Source: Iphione sp. A-MEVVRFRX5 (taxonomy: Eukaryota). From it: a DNA stretch of 64,000 nucleotides. Where the stretch lies: contig OZ320314.1 of the NCBI GenBank assembly GCA_976226885.1, positions 36,270,001-36,334,000 of the forward strand, given 5' to 3'. The position numbers were made by a program, and so were the translations under genes. Below the pieces are notes generated by a model. It ran no database searches, was not told the DNA's origin, and saw only the letters and a program-made list of their open reading frames with translations. Shown piece after piece: positions 50,092 through 60,288 of this stretch; position 1 is the stretch's first letter; every line of letters starts with the position of its first letter.

Positions 50092-52312
50092 CAGTCCACT
50101 CCCTCCATTCCGGACACCCTTCGTTCTGCGTCAAATCGTCCGGATTTGAGACGCGTCCGCATTGGAGACGCGGGGTACATACAGACCGGGGGTCAAACTA
50201 GAAAATGAAATCCCTTTCTCCCTCTCTCTCTACAAATGATATACACTGAACACAGACAATAACATTAGTTTAGACATTTTATTCAACAATAAATAGACAT
50301 AATATACATGGTAAGAGGCAATTTATTTCTTAAAAAAGCTAGAAATGGTGGGCTGGATAACCTTCCTTGCATTTGATCTGGTGGCATGGCATTGTTGCAA
50401 GGGATCCAATAGGCCTACACAGTCCATGTCTCCCTTTGCCAGGAAATGCTTCTTCAGTTTCTGGAGCATTTCCTGGACTTGAGAGTCTGTCAGGTCAGAC
50501 TTCTCTACTTCGACCTCCACCTCCACCTCTTCTTCCTCCTCATCATCATCCTTTGCCCAGTCTTCTTCTTCAGGACTCTCAGTGGGTTCATCCTCATCCA
50601 AGGCCTGGTATTCCTCTGGTGTCATCCTGGACTCATCAGGGATGCCCTCTTGGATCTTCTGCAGCAGGGTCAGCAGTGGTTCATCATCCAGCTGGGGTGG
50701 GGAGGTCAGCCTCTCTTCATCATCAGGCACTGGCCTGATGCCTGACCGGATGAAACATCCCTCCACAGTGGTTGCCTTGACTGACTTGACTGCAGTATTC
50801 AGCCAGTTGACCACCAGCTGCATGTCAACTGAGGCCACTGCTGCCTTTGGATCTTCTTCCTCAAGTCTGGCCACCACGTACTCCAGGAGTGCTTTTTTGT
50901 AGTGCAGCTTGATGGCTTGGATGATACCCTGGTCTAGTGGTTGCAGGACAGAGGTAGCGTTAGGTGGGAGGAAGACGACCTTGACGTTGCTGAGCTTGAG
51001 GCCTCCTGGGTGAGAGGGGGCATTGTCCATGAGGAGGACGACCTGACGACCCTGAGCACGCATTTTTCGGTTGAATGAATGCAGCCACTCTTCGAATAGG
51101 AGGGTCGTCATCCATGCACGCCTATTATGGCGCCACACGACAGGCAGTGCATTCAAGTCTTTCACGTTCCGCCAACACCTTGGACGAGCAGCTTTGCCGA
51201 TTACCAGAGTCTTCTGGAATTCGCCCAGTGCGTTTACGCAGAACATGGCTGTAATGCGTTCCTTTGACTTTTTGTGGGCGGAGACGTCAGACCCCCGGAC
51301 GCTGAGAGTACGATCTGGTAGGGCTCGATAGAAAAGCCCTGATTCGTCCACGTTGAAAATGTCTCTGGGCGAATATCCCTTCAGGACCGTTGGTAATTTT
51401 TCTAACCACGCCTCCACAGCTGTTTCATCAACGCTCGCCTTCTCTCCCACAACCTTGAATGCTCCAATACAATGGCGTTTCTTGAAGCGAGTCAGCCAAC
51501 CTGACGAGGCCTTGAAATCATCCATTCCCAGGTCCTTGGCGACTTTCAAAGCCCTTGTACAGAGCATTGGACCAGAGACTGAGACGTGGGTGGAGCGAAT
51601 CCTCGAAAACCATTCGAAGACTTTCTCATCGAGTGTGGAAGACACAGCTGAGAGACATTTTCGCTTGGCACTAGGGTCTGTTGATCCTTCATAGTCAGTC
51701 ATGATTTCTGCTTTTCGCTTCAAGATGCAGCCCACTTGGGTCTTGCCCACTCCGAATTGCTCAGCGAGCTGTCGCAGACTTCTATTGGGGCTATGCTTGA
51801 TGATATCCACCTTCTCCTTGAGAGTAAGGTCTCTGCGCTTCGAGGTTGTCTTGGTCGGCATGTTGTCTTGTTCGTGTCAGGAGGCGAATTGATTTTTCGG
51901 ACCCCTAGCCACCCCCTTATGTATGCATCTCCAGCCCGCCAAAAGCCCAGGGTGTTAATTGCAATTAGCGAAGTGTGAGTAGATGAGACGCATACATGGC
52001 CTTTGAGCTGGTCTGAGCACCTCTAGGTGACGATTTTAACCGTTTCGCTGAGCGAATATCAAAGCAACAGCGACAACGCGGGCTTCTGGGGGTCCGGCAG
52101 CCCCCGTTTGAAGTGATTTTAGCTGTAATTTCAAAGAAATTGTCGCGCAACACCTGCCGTCCGGAGGGAGGCGCTCCCCTAAATTTCGCGTCCGCATTGG
52201 AGACGTCAGCTCATAATGGTTAACTATGGGAAAGCAGTTCGTTCTGCGTCAAATCGTCCGCATTTGAGACGCGTCCGCATTGGAGACGCGTCCGCGGGGA
52301 GGGAGTGGCCTG
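50092..52312 (-). mobile_element. pogo/Tigger DNA transposon, 2221 bp, potentially autonomous
   Basis: TA target duplication (50090-50091 and 52313-52314). TIRs cagtccactccctccattccggac and (rc) caggccactccctccccgcggac match 14/15 at the outer end. Subterminal 17-bp motif arrays and an intact transposase ORF are present. Confidence 0.96.
50323..51861 (-). CDS. pogo/Tigger transposase (CENP-B-type HTH + DDE_1, DD30D)
   Basis: 512 aa with no interruptions: N-terminal HTH (LTLKEKVDII..LRQLAEQFGVGKTQV), CENP-B HTH (FKASSGWLTRFKKRH), FNVDESG, MDNAPSH-(30 aa between the Ds)-QPLDQG, and an acidic C-terminal tract. AATAAA lies downstream (plus-strand tttatt 50278-50283). Confidence 0.97.
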   Translation of the reverse strand: MPTKTTSKRRDLTLKEKVDIIKHSPNRSLRQLAEQFGVGKTQVGCILKRKAEIMTDYEGSTDPSAKRKCLSAVSSTLDEKVFEWFSRIRSTHVSVSGPMLCTRALKVAKDLGMDDFKASSGWLTRFKKRHCIGAFKVVGEKASVDETAVEAWLEKLPTVLKGYSPRDIFNVDESGLFYRALPDRTLSVRGSDVSAHKKSKERITAMFCVNALGEFQKTLVIGKAARPRCWRNVKDLNALPVVWRHNRRAWMTTLLFEEWLHSFNRKMRAQGRQVVLLMDNAPSHPGGLKLSNVKVVFLPPNATSVLQPLDQGIIQAIKLHYKKALLEYVVARLEEEDPKAAVASVDMQLVVNWLNTAVKSVKATTVEGCFIRSGIRPVPDDEERLTSPPQLDDEPLLTLLQKIQEGIPDESRMTPEEYQALDEDEPTESPEEEDWAKDDDEEEEEVEVEVEVEKSDLTDSQVQEMLQKLKKHFLAKGDMDCVGLLDPLQQCHATRSNARKVIQPTISSFFKK

Positions 52313-52498
52313 TATATTAATAAATATTTGTTGATCACCTTGGATGTTCCTATGACAAGCATCTGTAGCCAGAGTGAAACGTCATGACGCATTCTATTCA
52401 TTCAACTGCCACTCGCTTTGAAAATTTTAACTCTTATTCTGTATTAAAGAGTCCTATATTATTCACTCCATTCCACCTCCTGTGTCATCCTTCATAAT
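52313..52498 (+). repeat. Remainder of split direct repeat A2, spacer and B2
   Basis: 52315-52428 continues A1 exactly where 50091 left off. Spacer aactcttattctgtattaaa (52429-52448), then B2 (52449-52498), then (AT)12 to 52520. Confidence 0.95.
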
Positions 52499-53886
52499 AT
52501 ATATATATATATATATATATTGCCGTGCTACACGTTGCATCATCCACACAAAACCGGAAAGTCTCGACGTTATGTCGAATCCTTCTGGCACACTTGCGCT
52601 CGAGATAAGCTATTGAAGGGTCTTCCTGGGAAACTACATGAAAATTAAGCATGATGTGAAACTGAATTGGCATAGCACGGTAGGTTGGTTATAATTCAAG
52701 ATTCAAGATTCGAATGGTTTTATTCATGTATTCTCACTGTAGATCAATAAGAATTTATATGGGGCTCTTCCAATGAACATGGGGAAGTTAACACTGATAA
52801 GATAATTGAAATTTATTAATTAACCATTGAACAATAATTTCGATACAGATTATAAATGAACACACAAATTGCTTCAATAGTCCCTGATGGAAATTTGGGA
52901 CAAATATTTACAGAGAAATTATATGCCTCAGATAATTGCGTCGTTGTGCTTATATATTCTGGTATTTCTGCCAGTGTTGGTCAATGCTCATCCATATGCT
53001 TAGACTGTACTGCAAGATAGGTATCATTGCTTGGCACACAGGCCAGAAAAAGTTTGGTATGAGTGCAGTTTGTACCTCTTTGTTTTGACTATTGTTAGTG
53101 CTTAGTGTTGTATTCGCCACATCCCACCTCATAGCTGCAGAATCTAATACACAGATTGATCGTTGAAATTTTGATCATCTAGGCAGGAACTATTTGAACA
53201 CTTTTTTTACTTAGAGTTGCCTTGCATGGGATCTAAAGCTTATTCCATGCCTTGAGTCCCTGATATCAGAACGACTTGAAATAATGCATTTTCTTTGCTC
53301 TTCTCGTGGCTAAGAGGTCCCTGTTGCTCCTTCTGGAGACTCTGCTCCTTATTAGGGCATTACACTCCTTTATCACTTGCATTCTGTGTATTAGACATAG
53401 CAGCAGGCGATGCCCTTGCTCAGATGGAGTGCTGAGAGAGATTGGCAGCCCTACGAAGGATATTACTGCTTTATCTGATGTTACACTACCAAGAAGAACT
53501 AATTTCGACACACGATTGCCTTCTGATTGCAAATCGTCCATCAGAGTTTTGCTTGCATGGGTCATGAATGGGAGGCCAAAATTCAAATGCTTACGTTTTG
53601 TTTGTCAGATCTGGTAGGCTAAACGCCCCAATTACTGTTGCTCCCGTGTTGCATTCCATATCACACAGTACAAGTGCTTTAAATTGAAGGTCGAACTGTT
53701 TTTCTCACTGGTTGTCTGTTTCATACCCCTATTACCCTAGATTCCACGATTGCTACTTAAATGTACTTTCATATCATTCATGAACTTCATTGTCCCTGTG
53801 ACTGAGGCTGTCTTTCCATGACTGTGTGGTGTATGCATGTGCAGAATGGACATGTGGACAACTATACGAAAATTAATATCCTCATA

Positions 53887-54066
53887 CAGTTGAACGCCTA
53901 TTTGCAAACACGCCTTGGGTCCGAGCTCAATTGGTCACATTGGTTAGTTTCATCGCAAATCAGTTATTGTTAATAGGGCAATCAAGACCCCTTGGGTCCA
54001 AACTCAAGTGGTCGCATTAGCGAGAATGGTTGCAATTCGGCGTGGTCGCAAATAGGCGTTCAACTG
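53887..54066. mobile_element. 180-bp Tigger/pogo-type MITE
   Basis: 28-bp TIRs cagttgaacgcctatttgcaaacacgcc and (rc) cagttgaacgcctatttgcgaccacgcc (2 mismatches), TA on both sides, no ORF. Confidence 0.93.
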
Positions 54067-57000
54067 TATATGATTCTACATGTGTGTTTCTGTGACCCTT
54101 GGGTGTGCATGCATAAATTTGCTGGGTGTGATTTCTGATGTGTAAAACAAGCTATATCTGAAATTTTATGCACCAACCAGCATAGAGCTCCAAGGAAACA
54201 CCAGCAGGCCATGAAGGTCAGGCTTAACTTCAGCCCAGGCTAGAGATACATGTTTAAAATTCCACAGTATCCACGTACATACAGGGATAGGCCACTCCAG
54301 CTTTGCAGGGATACACACACATTCATCAAAATACCCGCTCTGGAGGGGTCCAGAAAAGGGTAAATGTTTTCTACACGTTTCTCACACAAACTCACTAACA
54401 GTACATTTATAGAAACGTGGCCTATGACATGTTCAGCACAGCAATTGTTTTGTATTACTCTATCGAGTATGTTTAATTGTGGTACGCTAGGATGCTTAGT
54501 ATCTAAAAATAGGAGAAGAATAATAGACGGTAAGACTTTTGACAGTTATTGGGCAATTTGTTACATAATGTTCGTAGTTTTCAATTTGGATGTTACTTAA
54601 AAAGGAGTTTTGAAGGCGGCTTGTAATAGTTGCAATATGTATATAAGTGGAGCATGTTGTAGGTTTCTTCGGAAAAGATGAATATGAGAATGTATATACA
54701 TATCTGTTAGAATGTCACAGTGTTGACAACCCGTGGTTCCTAACTGAAAGTGTCCACAAGAGGGTCATGTCCACATGTTGGTTAACTTCTTGGCGTGCAA
54801 AGGAATGCCACAGGGGAAGCTCTTACTGGTTTCCTGACCTATATACATGGTAGGGTACCTGTTGTACAGGCAAGAGGAAGTTGCTTATCCACTCTTTGAA
54901 TCATAGCAATGTTTGATCTCATATTTATTATTTCTAAGAAACCTCAGTGCTAAATTTGGCATTGTAATTAAGAAATTGAGACATTAAAGAAATTAAGAAA
55001 TGTGGGAGAATTTCAATGTTTTTCACTGTATTACCACTACCTTATGACACTCATACCAGAACGTATTGTATTTACCCAGTGGCATGCTCACTTTGAATCT
55101 CACAAAAAATACTGTTCATTTGCAACTGAGTTCTTCATCGTACCTGAAAGCCGCTGTCAGCAATGTTTAAGTTTTGTATACTAAATATTCGGAGCATTCT
55201 AAAAGTATTGCCAGCACTTTAATGTGAGATTTACTCAGGAGATGCCGGATTCCTTCTGGTGAACAATGAATTACCAAACTCAATAATAAGGATACCCGGC
55301 TATACACGGCACAGATTTGGCATCGTAAATAAACCAGAAGAGTGTTTCTGGTGTATGTTCTCTGCCACATGGACGACAAAACAATGGAAGTCTCGAAATT
55401 GTGCACGACAACAGAAAATGCTTGCTCGTTTCTGGCTCGAAATTAAAAGACCGGTAGGTATCGTTGACTTGTACCTATAGTGTGTCGAACGCCAAAATGT
55501 CTTTGAAGGTGTAATTAATCTTGAATCTGATGTTAGGCTTTATGAAAAAACTACACATATCGTAACATGGTGATAACTACGGACTATTGGGATTGGGATA
55601 ATAATAGCCATCCTAGTTTGAAACCGCTACAGGCATCTGCTTGGAAAACGTTTTGACGAACCCGATGAAAAAACCTACGAGAACAACAACTACAACATTG
55701 ACACTGATTGACATAGTTCAAGATAGATAGATAGGTACCCAGATAGAGAACCTACAAGAGGATGAATTTCACTCTGACCATTATCTGATAAAAGTAGATA
55801 TGATACTCATATACACAACGAACATATGGAAGTATGAACTGTTTACCGAATGATACCTTCAATGCCCCTGGCTATGAAAATGGACTTGAATAAGGCTCTG
55901 ACATATGATCACCCAGATTTGATATGGTATGTAATTAGTTTCAGTCTCAGAAAAAAATAATGAACACGCTATGTCCGACTTAGACTGGTGAACTTAGATA
56001 AACCCATTTACCATGGATATTTGAAGACATTCTATAGCAAATTCATGTACGAAATCGTGTAAGCAAAAGAATATACATGTATAGAAAATCCAACCAGAGA
56101 AAAAAGGGTAAAACATAGGCTGGAAATGGGAACGCCCTGAAGAATACCAGTAGCAGTGAGGTGGGGGGGGGGAATAGAAGCGACAATGACACCAAATAAA
56201 GGTAACCCAAACTGAATTTAGTAAGTATTAAATCGGAACTGGAGCAATATCAGATATAGGAATGTGATGAAATATTATGACGGTTGCCCGACATCTGATT
56301 GAAGAACGGCGCAGATGATAAATGAGTAGTTCATTTCAGTTGGTAAAAGAATTAGCAGAAGTACTACTACAACATACAAGCATAAAAGAGCCGAACTAAA
56401 CACTAGGTAATACTTCAAAGATTTTACCCAAAGTGAAGGGTTCAGGGCAGTTAGAAGCATGTTTCATGTAGTTCAGTGGACCCTTTTGTATTCCTAGCAA
56501 GACTTTGAAGAGTTTCTAATTTTAATCATTGATGTTGTGGTGCACATGATGAATTGTCCTATAAGAAGGGGGAAATGCCCCATATAATTCAAGATTCGAA
56601 AGGTTATCTCGATTCACAAGAGCCGTAGCAAGAATGACCCTAGTAATCATAGACCCATTCGTGTACTGACCCTTCCCAGTTAAATCACAGAACGACACAA
56701 CTAGCAGTATCAATACCGCGAGGACAACAAGCTATCAAATAATTATCAGTACGGTTTTAGAACTGGAATGGGTAGGGAACAAACAGTTGCAAGATTAACA
56801 AATTGAATCGATCGTGATCAAGACACTAGAAAGCAGGTTACGTGAGAGTTTGTTGATTTTGCATATGCGTTTGACAGTATTTCGCCTACAGTACTACTCG
56901 TACAATTGAAAGATCTAACCCCATGTTTCTTATATCCATGGTAATAGGATTACTTACATAGGAGGCTACAAACTTCACAAAGTCAGTCAACAACCTCAGA

Positions 57001-57608
57001 ATGTGGTAAAATAGAATGTGGAGCACCTCAGATCTCGATTCATGGGCCATTGATATTTCTAATAATCATGAATAATTTTCTGAAAGCCATAACCGTTGTA
57101 AAGGTATACTATACACTAATGACCTAGTCATAATATCTAGTACTACAACAATGAAATGGTACGTGTCAGCCCTGCAGATGAGCCTAGATGACTTCCACGC
57201 AGATACAGATGATAACGAAAGTAAGGATTAATCCGTCAAAATAAAAAGCATTGCATTTAGATAAAAGTAAAAAAGCATCATTACGTAATGAGACTACTGA
57301 AGACAATGGAACGTTCTACCTTCCAGCACTACTTGATAGCAGATTGACCTTTGAACAGCACGAAGTAAAACTAATCAGAACTGGGTATATAAATCTCAAG
57401 CACCTAGCTAGAGTATGGGAATGTGTTACTATAAGAACTGTAATGCTTATTACTAAAGCGATAAAACTAACCAGAACTGGGTATATTACAAAAGCAATAA
57501 TACTCCCCACAATCGACTATGGCCTCACGCTCCTGCACGTGAGTGATAGAGGAAAAGCCCAGAAGTGTCTTAGTCTGTGCAGTTGGTTATATAAGATATA
57601 CAACTATA

Positions 57609-57610
<2 letters not shown>

Positions 57611-57644
<34 letters not shown>
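57611..57644. repeat. (TA)17 microsatellite
   Basis: Read directly; it abuts the left end of the MITE at 57645. Confidence 0.95.
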
Positions 57645-57648
<4 letters not shown>

Positions 57649-57827
57649 CAAGACCCTATTTACGACCACATCAATTTCCAACCATTCTTGCCATTCTGAC
57701 CACCTGAGGTGGGAACAAAAGTAATGATTTCAATACCGGTAATTGTCAATTATCGATTCCGACCGTTCCTGCAATACCAACCAATTGAGCTTGGACAGGA
57801 TGGTGGTCGCAAATAGGGTTTTGGCTG
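57645..57827. mobile_element. Older ~183-bp MITE related to 53887-54066, nested in the LINE
   Basis: TIRs cagacaagaccctatttacgaccac and (rc) cagccaaaaccctatttgcgaccac. Internal ccaattgagcttggac is the reverse complement of a near match to gtccgagctcaattgg in the 53.9-kb MITE. Confidence 0.75.
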
Positions 57828-60274
57828 TTCATATATACATATATATTAGCCAACGTAAAAGTCCAAATGGTATTTAGACAGCTACGGAACAAACAAGACA
57901 TCTTTATACTATGATTTGGCACAGCTTGTATGGTTTGATGAGAGCAAGACCAATTGAACACGGAACGTTGAAACCAGTAGTGGTCACAAGAGAAAATCAT
58001 ACACAGACATAGGAAAGGAGGTACACGATGTCAACAAGATATGAACTTCAGAAACTGTGGTTTCACGTCTCAATTAGGGAAGTAGTCTGAAGTAGTCAAG
58101 GAATTTCGACATATGTTGAAAAAGGGAGGCCAGTTATGGAATCCAAACACAATACACCGATGTCAAAATGATGAATTTAAACCTTATACAGTGCTACCCA
58201 ATACAGGTAACACAGCTAGGATTTCGTGGACAATATCGTGGTAGCATGCTGCAAATGAGGCAGTTCACTTCTCAACTATAATCATACTTCATGTATATAC
58301 CATAATGAATCAATGTAAATTGTGCATACTGGATAACGATACTGTATTAAGTTTGTTTTTTAAATGTTGACTTACGACTTATTTTGTCCCGGATATCAGA
58401 GACAATGGAATAGAAATAACATGACAGTTGTTTTATTACTATGACATTACTAACAGAGAAAAATAATTTATATATTACTTACTCATTAGTAAGGACCCAG
58501 CTGTGAAAAAAACCGTCTCTGGTGTGTTGTACTGATGTCCTTTATCAGAAGCAGAGATTCTTGGATGCCATCGTAGGGGCAGGCGGACTAAGAGACATCA
58601 ATTTCCGCGGCAGAGACAATAACAACACCGCCCCCTATCGACAGCAAAAGGGTGATTCAAATAACTAGGTGGAACATAGCCTATCCTACGTTCATCTGGT
58701 GTGGTTCTCTTGCCGCCAACGCCCCCCTTTGACATCAATGCAATACCAACCGATATCATGCTGCCAACACGTTTTTTCCCCCTGTGATACCTGGTTTGAG
58801 GTTTGGCAGAAACAGTTGGCCATTCTCCCACATGCGTCATGTAAGGATGAAAAGCAAAGTGTTTAACGGTTATTGATCATCACTGTGGAAGGATTCCGCA
58901 TCAAAGGCTCGCAGTCGACAAAAAAACCACCATGCTAACATTAGTAGTTTCGACATTGGAAGTGTATAATTACATTGCCAATGTATCTGCTGCTGGTAGC
59001 TTGCAAATGGTCATCATTGCTGATATTTCTCCTACAATAAAAAAAAAACCGGATCCGGCGAGACTTGATTAAAAATGAGGCGTAATTGATTCGTCCAGTA
59101 GATAAATGATTCCCTTGTTGGTTGAAGTGTCTCAATGAATTAGAGAAGCGGCAAGACGCTAAGGATACCTGTGCCCTCAGGCATGAAGATCTCCCTGGTG
59201 GTTATTGATGGCAGGGTGGTGAGGAGCGTGTCGGACGCATCTCTGATCGCATGACGGTTTACATCCACTGTCGCTGTTCTTCACAGCTGTAGGCAGGACA
59301 GACTTGTAATTATAGCAATCCGCACTGTTCAATGCATGTATCACATCAGGGCCACATTGACAGCGCGCGGGTCTCAAGCTGTAATCTGAAATGTGAGAAG
59401 GAGCGCCGAGAAACCCGGCACCTCCAGCCGCGCTTGGTAGTGTGGAAAGTTGAATTAGAGATATTACAGCGCGGTTAAATACTAGGCTCATCTCCGTGTA
59501 TCATACCTACGTCCAGGCAGGACGATTAGCAAATGGAACAAACATCCTCGTGTTATAGACCCGGTACTGCAATTGATAGGTAATAACACAAAATGTAAAC
59601 GCTCTCTGCTAATCGCGGTGGCATTTTCATATATTGATCACACCGTCTCATTACCGGAATGTCCCGCTATGCGCAGGTTCTTCTATCGGCTCTAGTTCTG
59701 CCTAATATAAAATAAATCGATCCAGTAATCTAGTTAATTCGGTCTCCTGTCATTTGCCCGAGGCTGTTCAAGCGACAGGACCTGCACATTTATTACTGAA
59801 GCTCGAAGACCACCTGGCCTCTACGTCCTCGCTGGGTCCGAAAGATCTTCCAACGGGTAGTAATAAAAAAGAAACAAAGAAAATACGTGTTACCTCATCT
59901 ATCTGCTGCTACTTCCCACACAGCCGGGATCTTTTCCCTTTTTGACTGCTAATAACTCATAACTTGTTCTTGCTCAATCATCTGGAAAATTATGTTTATG
60001 TAAATGATTCCATCGATATTAGCACTGCGTGTCATCAATTTGTATTTTAACATTTTTATGCATTTTCCATGTCAATACGGACCGCAGAGAAGTGGGCACA
60101 TGATGGATCGTGAAAATGAAAGTGACCGGCGACTCCACTGATACGGAACACTGGCCGTTTTAGCAGGCATTCTCTTGCGGTTCCAATGGCCAGGGATTGG
60201 AGGTGGGGGCCGGCCAGGAACTGGTCAGACGTGCTACTTCCGAAGTCAAGACGCACGGCTGGGAAAGCAAGGCG

Positions 60275-60288
60275 GTTGCCATGGCAAT
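60275..60288. promoter_or_regulatory. RFX X-box-like palindrome in a CpG-rich island (~60.1-60.75 kb)
   Basis: gttgccatggcaat is a 13/14 match to the canonical X-box GTTGCCATGGCAAC. Confidence 0.45.

Larger units (their letters stand above)
47097..52520 (+). mobile_element. Ngaro-type tyrosine-recombinase retrotransposon (DIRS order) with split direct repeats; RT absent; pogo nested in A2
   Basis: Order is A1 (47097-47251), gag, pol remnant, RNase H remnant, YR, B1 (50015-50064), A2 (50061-50091 + 52315-52428), 20-nt spacer, B2 (52449-52498). The A1-ORFs-B1-A2-B2 layout is established for PAT/Ngaro elements, and the HSFRRG recombinase motif plus CCCH+CCHC gag fit Ngaro. Confidence 0.92.
55160..58490 (+). 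mobile_element. Degenerate CR1/L2-like LINE (ORF2 endonuclease + RT + C-terminus and probable 3' UTR)
   Basis: Motifs appear in correct order across frameshifts: LNIRSI (~55181), RIPGYTR, PTRTTTTTLTLIDIV, HSDHYLI, SGPFCIP, DPSNHRPI, YQYGFR, FVDFAYAFD, GAPQISIHGPLIF, LYTNDL, LLDSRLTFEQH, AIILPTIDYG, LWNP..EFKP (~58190). The ends are approximate. Confidence 0.88.

Noticed and set aside
50367-51978. Plus-strand ORFs overlapping the transposase, and ORFs 47487-47939 and 49809-50063 overlapping gag and YR
   Set aside because: These are antisense or alternate-frame shadows of real coding regions with no recognisable domains.
59161-59168. U12-type 5' splice site GTATCCTT on the minus strand
   Set aside because: An 8-mer is expected about twice by chance on two strands of 64 kb. 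The upstream frame stops before it, and I found no nearby U12 branch site.
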